A stretch of 64,000 nucleotides of DNA, taken from Mobula hypostoma (lineage: Eukaryota). The notes beneath the pieces are model-generated. The model saw only the letters and a list, made by a program, of their open reading frames with translations. It did not search any database and was not told the origin of the DNA. Where the stretch lies: NCBI RefSeq assembly GCF_963921235.1, contig NC_086108.1:41480001-41544000 (forward strand), in the 5' to 3' direction. Positions 1-14,584 of the stretch are shown piece after piece; within the stretch, counting starts at the first letter, position 1, and each line of letters begins with the position of its first letter. A program made the translations under genes and the position numbers.

Positions 1-352
1 CACTCTGGCCTTTTACCTCTTCTCACCTACCTATCACCTCCTCCTTGGTCCCCTCCTCCTTCCCTTTCTCCTATGGTCCACTTTCCTCTCCTATCGATTC
101 CTTCCTCTCCAGCCCTTTACCTTTCCCACCCACCTGCTTTCACCTATCACCTACTAGCTAGCATCCTTCCCCTCTCCCCACCTTTTTATTCCCACTTCTT
201 CCCCCTTCCTTTCCAGTCCTGTTAAAGGGTCTCGGGCCGAAATGTCGACTGTTTATTCATTTCCATATATGCTGCCTGACCTGCTGAGTTCCTCCAGCAT
301 TTTGTGTGTGATGCTCTGGATTTCTAGCATCTGCGACTTTTTCATGTTTATG
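1..352 (+). mobile_element. Penelope-like 3' end fragment with decayed hammerhead motif (214-251)
   Basis: C/T-rich UTR followed by CAGTC-CTGTTAA-AGGGTCTCGGGCC-GAAATGTC-GACTG and gctgcctgacctgctgagttcctccagcattttgtgtgt. Confidence 0.85.
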
Positions 353-1359
353 ATTTGTCACACGCCTCTTGTATTGTTAAGAAATACCTGTGATTGGAAG
401 TTTATTCTGTGCACAGCAGCTGGCCATCGCAGTGCCGAGCACAGTTATTGTTGGTAGATGGAACCTTGTTAACCTGGGAATGACCGGTTTTTCAAGAACA
501 ATGATCTCTTAATTTTCATTCAGAGGCTTTAGCGGGAGACATGATTAGAGATGTGAAACTGTTATACGTTTAGATAGGAGGTTCATTATTTGCTGTAGTA
601 GTAGAACTAGATGCACCATGTGCCGTCATGCACAGATGGAAAGATAATCAACTACAAAAGTGATGGTGCAGAGCAATGTCAAATCTTGTCCCTCTCTTAC
701 ACAGCACACCAGCTGTAACAGATGCACTTTTCGGAATCAGATGAAGAATCAGTTTTATTATCACTAACCAATTTGTTCTTTTGCAGCAGTACAGTGCAAA
801 CAAATAAAAATTACTATAAGTTACAAAATAAATGAACAGCACGAAAAAAAAACTAGCAAAGTAGTGTTCATGGGTTCATGGATCATTCAGAAATCAGATG
901 ACAAAGAGGGAGAAGCTGTTCCTAAATCATTGAGTGTGTTAGTGGCAAATTGTTCCAAAAAGGTGCAATTAAAAACAAGGGGCCACTAATCCAAATATGA
1001 GATACACAGGTCAAATTTTGCTGGCAGAGTCCTCCTGCCCAAGCTGACCATCTATTCTCCACACATTCTTAATTGCCTGGCCCAAATGCAATAAGTCAAT
1101 CTCATTGCCAGTTAGTATCCCACAATGCAGCAGCATGGCCTGAGCTTTGCTGCACATGGAAAGCCCATCTCTGACAGTGCTTTATAGCTGACCAAAATGC
1201 TACCCTCAGTCAGACTTTTTGAAAATATTGTGAGGGGCATTTTGGTGCTTTTGACTTACCACAAATGTTCAGAAACATTTAAAAAGCTCTAGCAAATAAT
1301 ATAAAAATAAGAATATTGCAAAGTTCACTAAATGTTAATAACTAATTTAAACATTGAAG

Positions 1360-2010
1360 GAAGGAGGAGAAGACGGTGGCGCGACGCAGCGCACACAGCT
1401 GTTCCGGATAATATCGGTATGTGTTAACTAGGGGGCTGTGCACAATCCTGATTTGATGGAGACGGCCGTGAGAAGCATAGAGGAACACCTGGAGAAACTT
1501 CTGAAATGCCCGCTTCACTGCCGCTGCCACTGTGCAATCGAGAATCTCCGGAGGGGAAGGCCCCAAATCCTCGGCTTTGCCTATTGCCTGTTGCCGGGGC
1601 TGGGGTCGAAGCGCTTGGCAGAGATGGTGCTCGGTGTTCGGTGTCAGAGAGCTGGTCGGAGGCTCGGAGTTTTCGGACGGACTCGGAGTCGGACTGTGGT
1701 CAGATGCTTCCAGGATGCTGCATCGGCAAGTTTGCAGTGCTGGAGGTTTACCGTCTGCGTGAGGTGATGGGACTTCCGAGAGGCTTTGAGACTTTTACCT
1801 TGCCCATGGTCTGTTCTTATCAAAATACGGTATTGCTTTGCACTGTTATAACTATATATTATAATTATGTGGTTTTTGTCAGTTTTTAAGTCGGTTTGTC
1901 ATGTGTTTCTGTGATATCATTCTGGAAAAACATTGTATCATTTCTTAATGCATGCATTACTAAATGACAATAAAAGAGGACTGCATGTCCTCATAATCTA
2001 ATCTAATCTA
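1360..2010 (+). mobile_element. Young non-coding SINE-like retroposon with CpG-rich head and (AATCT)n tail
   Basis: The 3' 240 nt recur in reverse orientation at 7060-7295; tail taatctaatctaatcta. Confidence 0.75.
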
Positions 2011-2039
2011 AATCATTTTTAACCTTTATTTTTATCCAA

Positions 2040-2565
2040 CACATTTATGCAACCATGAAGAAGGCATGACAGCAGTTATACTTCATTAGGAATTTGAGGA
2101 GATTCGGTAAGTTACCAAAGACTGTAGTAAATTTCTACAAGTGCACTGTGGGCATTCTGGGTGGCTGCATCGCTACCTGGTATGGAGGTGCCAATGCACA
2201 GGATGAAAGGAGGCTGCAGAGAGTTATATACTGTGCCAGCTCATCATGGTCACAAGCCTCCACACCATCGAGGATATCTTCAAAGCGCAGTGGATCAAGT
2301 GTCTGTCACTAAGGACCCTGACCATCCATAACGTGCCCTCTTCTCTTTACTACCATTAGTGAAGAGGTACCGGATGCTGAAAACCCATTCTCCCATTCTC
2401 AATGCTTTAGAAACAAGTTTCTTCCCCCGCCATCAGATTTCTGAACAATCCATGAACACAACCTTGCTCTTCCGCTATTCCACCGTTTATTTACTTTATG
2501 TTTTATTGTAACATAATATATTTATGTCGTGCATAAATGTCAGTGATAATAAACCTGATTCTGAT
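2040..2565 (+). mobile_element. Rex1/Babar-type LINE 3' fragment
   Basis: RRFG...NFYKCTVGILGGCIATWYG; ends aataaacctgattctga. Confidence 0.85.
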
Positions 2566-2619
2566 GGAGAAGCAAAGATGATTAAATAAGATGAAGAGAA
2601 CATTAAATTAGCAATGTGA

Positions 2620-3150
2620 TGGGATGCAGAGAGAAGCCAGTTAGCCTGGGATAGGATAAGCAGACCTGACATTTGAGTGGGTTGAATCCTACAGGCTGAG
2701 GTTGAGGAGTCAAGCAGGAGACCACTGTGAGTAGTTGATCTGAGTGGAGATCATGGAATGTCTGTAAGGTTCTAAAGGAAATGAGTTGTGGCATGAGAGG
2801 ATAATATTGTAGAGATGGAACTGGACAGTTTTTGCAATAGGGGTGATGTTCAACAGAGGGTATGCAGTTCAACTCATAGGCAAGCAGGACGCTGAGAAAT
2901 CCAGTGCTCTGCTTCTGCAAGAGGTCTTGGTCCGCTTGTTTGGCATACCGATGATGCATGTCTAGAACCCAAAGTGAAGCAGATACTAACAGCAATCCTT
3001 CGCAAATCTGGAGTGAGATGACACAGTTTTGTAAGAACTTCACTGGAACCTTCAAACGGCAGCTGTTATCAGATGTACCTTTGACAGGAGATATGTTATC
3101 CAGATGGAGTACACTTTGCATACCATTCAGTTTTATGCTAACCATTCCTT
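2620..3150 (-). mobile_element. Possible ancient Penelope-like relic (thumb/linker region)
   Basis: ORF 2603-3145 segments SVEHHP, LISFRTLQTFHDL and GFNPLKCQVC occur in the same order as LVLTYHP, LSAFRRDRSLHNSL and GTYPCKRNKCYTC of the young element. Confidence 0.35.
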
Positions 3151-5617
3151 CCGTATGGCAGTTCTTCCTGTTCCAGGTCCTTTTTCATGCAAAACCTTTG
3201 TGATCAAAATCAAGACCAAAAATTTGAAGTAGTTCAGTTCCTCCAGTGACATCTCTTCCTGTTACGGGAGATAATAGTGAATGATGGTGGAGTTTATCAC
3301 AGTGGTGCTTAACTGCCAGGTTCAGATATACAATTTACTGACATTGAGTGCACTAGCTCTACAAGTGAACAAAACCTTTATTTAATCATTTAAATCTTAA
3401 GGTGCTATATTTGGCAAAGATTATATTAAATTATGTGTTTCTTACGTTGTACAAGCATTAGAATACCTATTGTAAATAAAGTAAAGGAATCACTAGAAGG
3501 AGTTAGGACAGGGAACATCTGTAGAATGAAACAGTCATGATTTCTGTTCAGACCTCTCAGTAGAAATGGTAAATACAATGGTCATAAAACTAGCTTTCAG
3601 GCTAGATAACTTGAAATTTTATCAGGGGGAAGAGTCGTTTTTTTTCAAGGTTAGCATTATTCAAAAGGAAAAAAACAGTCAAGTAATAATACAAAATACT
3701 ACTGATGATGATATCAAAAATAGAAAGAAACAGAAATATTCAGCAGGTCAGGCAGTATCTGTGGAAAAAGAAACAGGGTTTTAATGTTTCCATGGCCGGA
3801 AATGGACAACTTTTAAGTTGAGGCAGATGGAATTTAGGTTGCTGTTGGATTGTGAAATAGTTAAATCTAAGTGTAAAATTGACCATTGTAGTCCTAAGTC
3901 TTCGAGTCATATCAGTTTCAGTGAAGTCCTGTTTTATACAATGGACCTGAACATGGATGATTCTCAATGGCAGCCGATCTGAGTGACAGGAAGCTATGTG
4001 TCCCAAAGCAGATTTTGTTGCATCATAATTGTGGATTCTATTTATTGACTTAATACTATATATATTTCTAGAATTAAGCAATCTTTTTCAGTATGACGTT
4101 ATATTTTCAATCAGTATCAGACCTGAATCCTGAATCTTAGTCATCATCCGCCTATACTGGCGAGCTTCACTATTTCTAGACTGGTCCACTAGATGGAGCA
4201 CTATACAATCCCATCCTGAAAAACAGGTGGGAAGTATTTGCAAGGGAGTTGGAATTGAAAACTCCAGAAAAGTTCAGACTTTCTTGGAGATTACATACAC
4301 ACACTGAAGTGACATTAGAGTATTTGTGTGATTGAATTCTATCACTTACAGACAAGTTATAGTAAAAGGAGGAAAGCTGGGGATGTTACAGACATAAACA
4401 AAAGATCATACCATGGATAGATTCATCACTGCTGCAACCTTTTAACAACTGCACATAAGGTATTTTGACAAATTTAATAATACTACAAAGGAAAAAGAGA
4501 CTTAGATAGGTTACTAAATTGTCCACTTAACCTAAAGTCCCAAAGGACCATCATTCAGAGACACATCTCCATCAGCTGCAGTCTCATTTATTCTTAATGG
4601 CTTCACCACTTCACCAAAAAATTCTCAGGAATAAAAATGGAAATGGGAGAACTGGCTGCTGTAAAGCCGAGCAATGAAAATGTAGATCGGCAATGATATT
4701 GGTTGCAAATGGTTTGGGTACCAAGTTTCAGGTAGTGGAAGTAAAACTTTTTTTAATTTGTAAAGGAAGACTTACAGAGCATGATTTCTTCTTATTAGAT
4801 TAAACAGGATTCCATGAAATATTGTTCAAGCACTTGTTATGGTGAAATAAGTTGTGAATGTTATGATTATTAATAATTGACAGAGGAAAGACCAGTTGAT
4901 CCATAAAATTTCCTGTCCATCATAATAACTAGAACACACTGAAACAAAACGTGATTTTAAATTTGATGAAGAATAACCAATAATGTGACATGAGAATGAA
5001 GTCTCAAGGTTGAAGACAATATGTCATTTCCTCCTCACAGATTGTTATCAAATATCCAGCAAAAAATAGTTTCTGTTGTTTTAACATTGAAGGAATAGAC
5101 ATACATTGAGATCTATTTTGGAATGAGACTTAATGAAAACTGTTTTGTTTAAATGACAAGACAATTTTTATTTACAAAATTACTAATAGCTTGCCTTCAA
5201 CAAACTCAGAATTGAATATTGTTCAACATGCCATGAGGTTCTGCTGAAATATCGGTTTCAAGTGGGGTACTGCATGAGGTCTGGGCTGGAGTCCTTATTG
5301 TTTCAGTAGGTACTAATCTAGGGATGAGACTGTAATCTGAGAAGCTGACAAAGGACATTTACAAGTGGACAAATGTATGACAAATTAATTTAATTTAAAA
5401 GTATGACAAATTAAAATGAAACACAAATCATAATTATAAAACATTGTAAGTTACAGGGAGAAAATTCTTAACCTGACTGGAGGGAATCTGAAAGAGATCT
5501 AGTAGATTGGGCACTTAGGGGATCAAGTCAATATACAGCAACAATTGACAACTTCCAGAGAAGAAGTGAAACAGACCTCCTGAAACACAAGTTGTGTCCT
5601 TTGTGATAATGCCCACA

Positions 5618-6261
5618 AAGCCCTCTGCAGGCCGAGAAAAAATGGGGAAGACATAAAACAAGTACAGAACTTTTGCTACTTAGGAAGCTGGGTGACATCA
5701 GATGGCAGGTGTGACATGGACATCAAAAGAACAATAGAGATGGCAAAAGACACCTTTACGAGAATGAAGAGTATACTGACCAATACTAAACTAAGCATGA
5801 CAACCCGCTTCAGAGTACTGAAATGTTACGTTTATCCAGTTATGTTATATGGCTCAGAATGTTGGACAATATCTAGTAACATGAGGAAACAAATTGTAGC
5901 AGCAGAGATGTGGTTTTTGAGGAGAATTCAAAGAATATCATGGACGAAATGATTATCTAACGAGGATATCATGAACAGAGAAAACACAAAAAGAGAAATA
6001 ATGTATGAGATCATGAAAAGGCAACATAACTTCATTGGACATGTGATTAGGAAAGAGGAGTTAGAATGCACGGTAATTATGGGAAAGATTGAAGGGAAGA
6101 AAGCAAGAGGAAGACAAAGACAAATGATGATGGAGACAGCAGCCAGAGAACTAGAAATTAACACTAATGAATTGATCCACTTGACCTGAAACAGGAGTGT
6201 GTGGGCCATGGCAGTCAAAGCTCAAACTGAGCACGCCACCTGATGATGATGATGATGATAA
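5618..6261 (+). mobile_element. RTE-clade LINE 3' fragment with (TGA)n tail and 14-bp target-site duplication
   Basis: KCYVYPVMLYGSECWT, EMWFLRRIQRISWT, GKIEGKKARGRQR. TGATAATGCCCACA at 5604-5617 and 6262-6275. Confidence 0.92.
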
Positions 6262-7059
6262 TGATAATGCCCACAGTACTATCCCCCCTTATCCTTCTTG
6301 ATGCCAATGCAATTGACCAGACCAACATCCTCCAAAGCCTCTCCTGCTTTTGAGATGTTCCAGTCTGATTCCATTCTTGACTTGTAGCAGTAAATAGAGT
6401 TTTATGCAGTAGCTTCTTTCCCACACCCTACTGTCTAACAACCAGTAGATTCTCCAATTAAATATTACGAAGACCAAAACCAATGCTTTATACCTTAAAT
6501 TCTATTTCCTCTATATCCTCTTATTTCAGGCAACTTTCTGAGGCTAAACACAATAGTCAAAAGTGGCTCTTGTATTTGAAACCAAATAGGCTTTCTACCC
6601 TTCATCAAAACTAAACAGTGTCAGCTCAAATCTGCCTCCACCATGTCTACTGCTTATAATCTTATCCATGCTTTGGAGTGGATTACCTCTTGACCAGTTT
6701 AATCCAGTGCTTTCATGACCAATAAATACTTGAGCTGTTGAAACTTTATCCTAACTCACACTGTTTTCTGTTCTTTCTTTGGCCTTAGCTCACTAATCCA
6801 CTAGGGCTCCCCCACCATCACATCACATCAATTTAAAATCTTTTTTCCAATTACCGTTCTCCAAAGACTTCTTCCTCCTTATCTCAGTAATCGCATCCAG
6901 TCCCAGAGCCACCCTAGATATTACCCTCACCACCAATTCTTGGCTTTTATGCATCACCAATTTTAATTATGTTGCCATTATGAACCTTCCAATAGAGATC
7001 TGTAAAATTCTAGAATCTCCTTTTTAAGCATCTCCAGATCATGCATCACTTTCCTCTTT

Positions 7060-7295
7060 TAGATTATGAGGACATGCAGTCCTCTTTTATTGTCATTTAG
7101 TAATGCATGCATTAAGAAATGATACAATGTTCCCCCAGAATGATACCACAGAAACACAAGACAAATAAGACTGAAAAACTGACAAAGGCCACATATTTAT
7201 AACATATAGTTACAACAGTGCAAAGCAATACTGTAATTTGATAAGAACAGACCATGGGCACAGTAAAAAAAAGTCTCAAAGTCTCTCGAAGTACC
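7060..7295 (-). mobile_element. 3' fragment of the same SINE-like family as 1360-2010
   Basis: agattatgaggacatgcagtcctcttttattgtcatttagtaatgcatgc is the reverse complement of 1949-1999. Confidence 0.85.
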
Positions 7296-9099
7296 TTGAA
7301 CCTCTTTGACCAACCATAAGTTTCCAGTTTTATTTGACAACGCTGCAGCAGGGATTACAATAAAGGCCACATAAATATACTAGTTATAGTTTCCCTAGAG
7401 CCTTGCCTTGGGTATTCCATTCTACTCTGATCACTGGGTAGAGAAGGGAAATAAAAAAAGCTTCCAAGTGGCTTAGGAAAAGATCTCACAAAGCTGAATT
7501 CCTGATCTTAATTTCCATAATTACAAGCAATTGAACATCAAAGAGGGTTGTCTGAAACTAATTTCAACAATTCTTTTAACTTGAGGATGTGACAAAGGTG
7601 CACCATTTAGTTTGGTCTTAGATAGAACTGGTGCCTAATTCTCTAAGTGATGGCGACACATTAGGGCTACAATGATTGCAGATGACTCTCAGCTCCTACA
7701 GCTCCAGTTTGATTCTGACCTCCAGTGCTAACATTGGAAAGCTTGGAAACTACCAATATCCCAAGTTTTCTTTGCAAATTTTTCTATGCATTATTATATG
7801 CTGTTTATCCTCCTCAACTCACTGTGGGTTGAAATCAAGATCTATTGCCCAGACCCCAGCTCTGGCTCAGTTTTTGCTGAGGACCCTCCCACCATCTGCA
7901 GTTTTAAGAATTTAATAGTCAAGATCAATGTTATTCAGCTGCTATCTCTTTCTTTGCTTATATTTCATTTTTTTAGATATATTTTTGTTTTGATAACACA
8001 GTGACACAGCAGAAAGTGCTGCTTCCCCATACCCAAGTTCAGTACTGTCTATATGGAGTTCAATGTTCTTATTGTGACCATTTGCAGCTCTTAAGTGCAG
8101 ATACTATGGATGTTCAGTGGATGAGTACATTCAAGGCTGAGATTGATTGTTGAAAACAAGGGGATCTGAGGATTCCCTGACTTGATCAGTCTGAACCCGA
8201 TTGAATGTTAGAGCAGGCACGAGGCACCATTTAGCCAATTCCTGTATTTCATTTGATACAGTTATTTGTTTATTCCTCGCCTGGTAATGTTACATTTAAG
8301 TTAAGAAGAGTTCAGATCACAAGGACAGAATAGTTTTGAAAGTATGGGGAGATGAAAATAATTTACAAGACTAAGTTTTGATAAGAGTGCAAGAATCATT
8401 AGTCGATACAACACAGAAGAAAGTCATTCTTGCTGATTACAAGGTTTTGAAAGAATTATCTAATTAATGCACCTGTCCTTTCCCCAATTTCATGTGATGC
8501 TTTTCCCATCAGGAATTGTACTTTTGAAAGTTATGATTGAATCTAACTCCTTCAAGCAATACCTTCCAGATCATAATAGATGTGTACAAGTAAACAAAAG
8601 ACCTCACCTCTTCTCTTCACTATTTATAAACCTCCTTAAATTTGTGTCCCACTGTATATAGCTTGTCTTCCATCAGAGACTGTTCTGAATTATCTATGAA
8701 TGCCTATATACATTTTGAATTAACTCTATTAAATTTTCTCTTAACCTTCCAGGCTCTAAAGAGAACAATCATAGGTATCTGTTATCTCTCCACAAAAATG
8801 AAGTCTCGCATCTTTGATGTTAATCCATTCATCTCCTTTGCACAATCTCAAATGCTGTGGCATCCAGAACTGGACAGAAACTCAAGCATTGCCTAAATTA
8901 TATAGGTAGAAAACAGTGAGGAACAGAGAAAGAGCAAACCTATTCATGCAAACAAATAGAGAACTCTTCAAGAAAAAGTAATTTGGGGAATATCAGGCAT
9001 TGGTTAAACATAGTTATGCTGGTATCTCACAAAGCTAATTCACATCCCTTGTGTCAGCCAATTGTAAACACCATTAATAATAATGGTGTTTGAACAATA

Positions 9100-12000
9100 G
9101 CCAATCAGAGATCAGGAGCAAGAGAAGAAGTGGCTCACACAGGTCAGTGAGTGTGCCTCAAAAAGCAGTGCTTTGTGGGAGTTTCTATGTTTGAACAGTG
9201 GCGAATCAGAGATCAGGATTCATTAGCAAGGGCACATCCAAAGTAGACTTTATTGGAGTGGATGGTGTAAGAGTGGGTATTTTGAAGCTTTAGCTCTTCG
9301 AGATTCAGTGAGGAAAGCCTTGAGTGAGAGAAGGAGAGAAGCTGTAGGTAGATTGATTCTCAGTTTATTTATTGTTTCCTTCTTTATAACTACACAGTTA
9401 GAGCAGTAGGGATGCCAGATAGACTAGCTGAATGCTCCTCTTGCAGGACGTGAGAAGGCAGGGAGACCTCTAGTATCCCTAAGGACTTCACCTGTAAAAA
9501 GTGCATCCAGCTGATACTCTGCACTAAGGAGCTGGAGCTACAAGTGGATGAACTTCAGATCATTCAGGAGGCTGAGGGGGTGATAGACAAGACATATAGA
9601 GAAGTAGTTACACCCCAGGTGCAGGGCACAGGAAACTGGGTGACAGTCAGAAGGGTTAAAGGGGTTAGGGAGCCAGTGCACAGTACCCCTGTGGCCACCC
9701 CCCCCACCCCACCAACAACAGGTGTATCACTTTGGATACTGTTTGGCAGGGGTAGTGGGTGAACTAGAAGAGGAAAGTCATAGCCACCAGGTCTCTGGCA
9801 CCGAGTCTGGCTCTGTGGCGCAGAAGGGAAGGGAGAGAGAAGAAGTGAGCTGTGGTGACAGGGGATTCATTAGCTAGGAGAACAGAGAGGAAGTTCTGTG
9901 CAAGAGAACAAGATTCCCAGATGGTATGTTGCCTCCTGGTTGCTAGGGTTCAGGACATCTCGAATTAAGTCCTCGGCATTCTGAAGCAGGAGGGTGAGCA
10001 TCCAGAGGTCACGGTCCAGATAGGTACCAATGACATACGTAATTAGGAAGAGGGACAAGGTTCTGCAAAGTGAGTTCAGGGAGTTAGATGCTAAGTTAAA
10101 GAACGGGACCTCCAGAGTTGTTATCTCAGGTTTGTTTTCCATGCCATGTGCTGGGGAGGCCAGAAATAGGAAGATCATACAGTTTAACACATGGCTAATG
10201 AGTTGGTGTATGAAGGAGGGCTTCAGATTTTTGGATCACTGGAGTCTCTTCAAGGGAAGAGGGGACCTGTACAGGAGAGACGATTTGCACCTGAACTGGA
10301 GGGGTCTAATATCCTAATATCCTAGTGAGAAGACTTACTAGTACTACATGGGGGGGTTAAATTAGAATTGCAAGGGAATGGGATCCAGAGTATAGGAACA
10401 GATAGTCGAGAGTTTGTGGAAGTTGTTACGACCTTAGACAAAGTCGGGAATCAAAAGTTTGTGCATGGTGAAACTAATGTTCAGAGTTGCATATATTTCA
10501 ATGCAAGAAGTATTGTAGGAAAGGCTGATGAGCTCAGGGCATGGACCAACATATAGAATTATGATATCTTAGTCATTAATGAGACTTGATTGCAGGAGGG
10601 ACAAGATTGGCAGCTCAGTATTTTGGGGTTCCGTTATTTTAGACACGATAGAGTGGGAAGGACAAACGGGGAGATGGTGGCAGCTCAGGCAATGCTCAGT
10701 CAGGACAGACTGCAGAACTCATCTAGTGAGATGTTGTGAGTGGAACTGAGAAATAAGAAAAGCGTGACCATATTAATAGTGCTATCTTACAGACAATCCA
10801 ACAATCCAAGGGATTAGAAGAACAAATTTGTAGAGAGATCGCAGACTGTTGAAGAAACATTAGGTTCTGATAGAAGGTGATTTTAATTTTCCACGTATTA
10901 ACTGAAACTCCCATACTGTAAAGGGGCTAATATGATAGAGTTTGACAAGTGTGCTCAGTACATAGGAGTCCTAACTTGATCTCTTGTTAGGGAAGGAAAC
11001 AGGATGGGTGACAAGTTTGTGAGGGGGAACACTTTGTATCTAGCAATCATAATGTCATTAGTTTCAAGATAATTATGGAAAAGGGTAAGTCTGGTCCTCG
11101 ACTTGAGATTCTAAGTTGGAGAAAGGCCTGTTTTGATGGTATCAGAAAGGATCTGGTAAGTGTGGATTAGAACAGGCTGTTTTCTGGAGAAGGTGTACTG
11201 GGTAAGTGGGGGGCCTTTAAAAGTGTAATTTTGAGAGGATCAAGCCCTGTAAGTGACTGTCAGAATAAAAGGCAAGGATAACAGGTTTAGGGACCCTTGG
11301 TCTTCAAGAGAACAGAAAAAGGAGGTACAGAGTCGGTAGAGGCAGGTAGAACAAACGAAGAACTTGTGGAGCAAAGAAATACAAGAGAACACTTAGGGGA
11401 GAAATCAGGAGGACTGAAAGGCAGTATGGTGGTTCTCTAGCAGACTAGGTGAAGAAGAATGCTAAGGGCTTCTACAGATATGTTAAGAGCAAAAGGATTG
11501 CAAGGGACAAAATTGGTCATCTGGAAGATTTGAATGATAATCAATGCACAGAGCCAAAAGAGATAGGGGAGAGCTAAAATGGATTTTTTGCATCTGTATT
11601 TACTTGGGAGATGGACACAGAGTGGATAGAAGTAAGGCAAAGCAGTGAGCTCATGAATCCTGTACAGATTACAGAGGAGGAGGTGTTTGCTGCTATAAGG
11701 CAAATTAGGGTGGAAAAATCCCCAGGGCCTGACAGGGGCCCTGGGGGAAGCAAGAGCAGAAATTTCAGGGGCCCGACAGAGACATTTAAAACATCTTTAA
11801 TGACAGGTGGGGTAACAGAGGATTGAGGAATGCTAAAGTTGTTCTGCTGTTTAAGAACAGGTCTAAGAACTAACTAGGAAATTAAAGGTCAGTGAGCTGA
11901 CATCAGTAGTGGGAAAGTTATTGGAAAGCATTCGAAGGGAATAGATATCTGAGTACTTGAATGGACGGGGACTGATTAGGGATAGTCAGCATGGATTTGT

Positions 12001-12963
12001 GTGTGGTAGATCATGCCTAACCATTTTTATAGAGATTTTCAAGGAAGTTACCAGGAAAGTTGATGAAGATGAGGCAGTGGATGTTGTCTGTATGGACTTC
12101 AGCAAGGCATTTGACAAGGTCGCATGGGAGATTGGTCAAGAAGGTTCAGTCGCTTGGCTTTCAAGATGAGATAGTAAATTGGATTAGACATTGGCTTTGC
12201 CAGAGAAGTCAGAGAGTGGTAGTGGATTGGTGCTGTTCTGACCAGAAGCCTGTTACTAGTGGTGTGCTTCAAGAATCAGTGCTGGTTCCATTGTTGTTTC
12301 TCATCTTTATCAATGCTCTGGATTACAATGTGGTTAACTGGATCAGTAAATTTGCAGGTGACACCAAGTTTGTGGGTGTAGTGTTTAGCAAGGAAGGCAA
12401 TCAAATCTTGCAGTGGGATCTGGATCAGCTGGTGAAATGGGCTGAAAAATGGCAGATGGTCTTTAATGCAGACAAGTGCGAGGTGTTGCACTTCGATAGG
12501 ACCAACCAGGGTTGGTCTTACACAGTGAGCAGTAGGGATTTGGAATACAGGTCCATAATTCCTTGAAAGTGGCATCACAGGTAGATGAGGCCATAAAGAA
12601 AGCCTTTGACACACTAGTCTTCGTAGATCAAGTATTGAGTTCAAAATTTAGTATGTTCCATTGAAGATGTATAAGATGTTGGTGAGGCCTAAGTTGGAGT
12701 ATTGTGTGCAGCTGTGGTCAGCTTCCTACAGGAAAAATGAAAATAAGACTGAAAGTGTGCAGGGAAAATTTAAGATGATGTTGCTGGGAGTGGAGGACCT
12801 GAGTTATAAAGAAAGATTGAATAAGTTAGAACTTCATTCCTAGAACATAGAAGATTAAGAGGAGACTTGATAGAGGTATATAAAATTATGAAGGGTATAG
12901 AGAGTACAGAATAGATGGGCTGAAGGGCCTGTCTGTGCTGTGCTGTAACTTTCTATGACTCTA
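9100..12963 (+). mobile_element. Near full-length degenerate CR1 LINE (ORF1 esterase-like; ORF2 AP endonuclease + RT)
   Basis: Fragments ELQIIQEAEGVID, RVVISGL...[63 protein letters not shown]. Tail ttctatgactcta. Many stops and frameshifts. Confidence 0.93.
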
Positions 12964-13239
12964 AGACTCAAAAGAAAAATATACATTTCAGTCCTGAAGG
13001 AAGGTAAAACAGCAAAGCCTTGTAGAGATAGGTAAAATGAAATCCAAAAAAAACTAAATGTTATTTCAGGTTAGACTATGGCTGAAGAAAAAGTGAATGT
13101 AGTAAGCAGCAAGTATTATGTTAATGTCAGACAATGCCTCTGGAAGTGAGTAGTACTGGGAAGAGATTTCTTGTAGGGGAGTAAAGACATTTACCATGAA
13201 ATCGCTATTTGTAATTGCTTCAACATATTGATGCAATTA

Positions 13240-13757
13240 CAAAGAAGGCATGTCAGCAGCTATCTTTCATTGGGAGTTTAAGGGGATTCAGTAAATCACT
13301 GAAGACTCTAGCAAATTTCCACAGATGATCGGTGGAAGCCATTCTAACTGCTTGAATCACCATTTGGTCTGGAGGCGCCAATGCACAGTTGCCAGAAACT
13401 CAGCCAGCCCCATCATGGGCACTCCACTATCAGGGACAGCTTTAAAACATGAAGCTTCAAAAAGGTAGGATCCATCATTCGGCACACCCCACCACCCAGG
13501 ACAAGGTCTCTTCTCAATACTACCATCAGGAAGGAAGTACAGGGTCTGAAGATACATGCTCAATGTTTTAGGAATGGCCTCTTCCACTCTGCCACCAGAT
13601 TTCAGAACGGTCCATGAACCCGTGAACATTACCTCACTATTTTGTTTTTCTTCACCACTTATTTATATTTCTTATTGTAACTTATAATACATACCTTTAC
13701 TGCTGTCGCAAAACAACATAGTTCACAATACGTCACGGGTAATAAACCTGATTCTGA
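13240..13757 (+). mobile_element. Rex1/Babar-type LINE 3' fragment
   Basis: caccacccaggaca...taccatcaggaaggaagtacagg; same aataaacctgattctga terminus. Confidence 0.8.
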
Positions 13758-13991
13758 TCGTTTAAGAGCTGGTTAAATATTGCTTTGCAAAGGCCATAAG
13801 TCTATGTGTAACAATAGGCTGGGAAGGACAAAATGATTTCCTTAAACATACTTAATTTTTTTACAGAACCCAGGACAAATACTGAAGAAAGAAATGAATA
13901 TGCTTTATGTGCATGGCCTTTACGTGCTAATTCCAGGGACTCTCCTTCCTATGAAATCAGCTGGTTTGAAATATTTAGTTTAGATTCGAGG

Positions 13992-14561
13992 TGCACGCAG
14001 CGACCACTTTATAAGGTCCTGCACCTGATAAGATGGCCAATGAGTGTATCTTTGTGATCTTCTGCTGCTGTAGCACATCCACTTCAAGGTTCAAGGTCGT
14101 ATGCATTCAGAGCTGCTCTTCTGCACACCACTGTTGTAACACATGGTTAATTGAGTTATTGTTTCCTTCCTGTCAGTCTTGACCAGTCTGGCCAATGACC
14201 TCTCATTAACAAAACATTTTCACCCACAGAACTACCACTCACTGGGTTTTTTTTTGTTTATCACACCATTCTCTATAAACTCGAGAGGCTGTTGTGCATG
14301 AGAATCACAGGAGTTCAGCAGTTTCTGAGTTACTCAAGCCACTCCGTGCGGCACCAACAATCATTCCGAGGTAAAATTCACTTAGGTCACATTTCTTTCC
14401 CATCCTGATGTTTGGTCTGAACAACCACTGAACCTCTTGAGCATGTTTGCATGCTTTTGTAGAAACATAGAAAATAGTTGCTGCCATATGATTGGAGAAT
14501 TAGGCAGCTGCAATACCAAGCAGGTGTACAGCTGTTCCTAATAAAGTGGCCAGTGAGTGTA
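13992..14561 (-). mobile_element. Internally deleted Tc1-like DNA transposon
   Basis: Imperfect TIRs (cacgcagcgaccactttataagg / cctaataaagtggccagtgagtg). Transposase N-terminal HTH relic MGKKCDLSEFYLGMIVGAARSGLSNSETAELL. Confidence 0.8.
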
Positions 14562-14584
14562 CAGCGTTGTTTTTACAGGAACTT

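Noticed and set aside
1438..1889. Overlapping 109-aa and 127-aa ORFs
   Set aside because: Fall inside a GC-rich SINE-like repeat and show no protein motifs.
14091..14099. TCAAGGTCG NR5A-like site
   Set aside because: Lies within a Tc1 relic far from the promoter; not counted as regulatory evidence.
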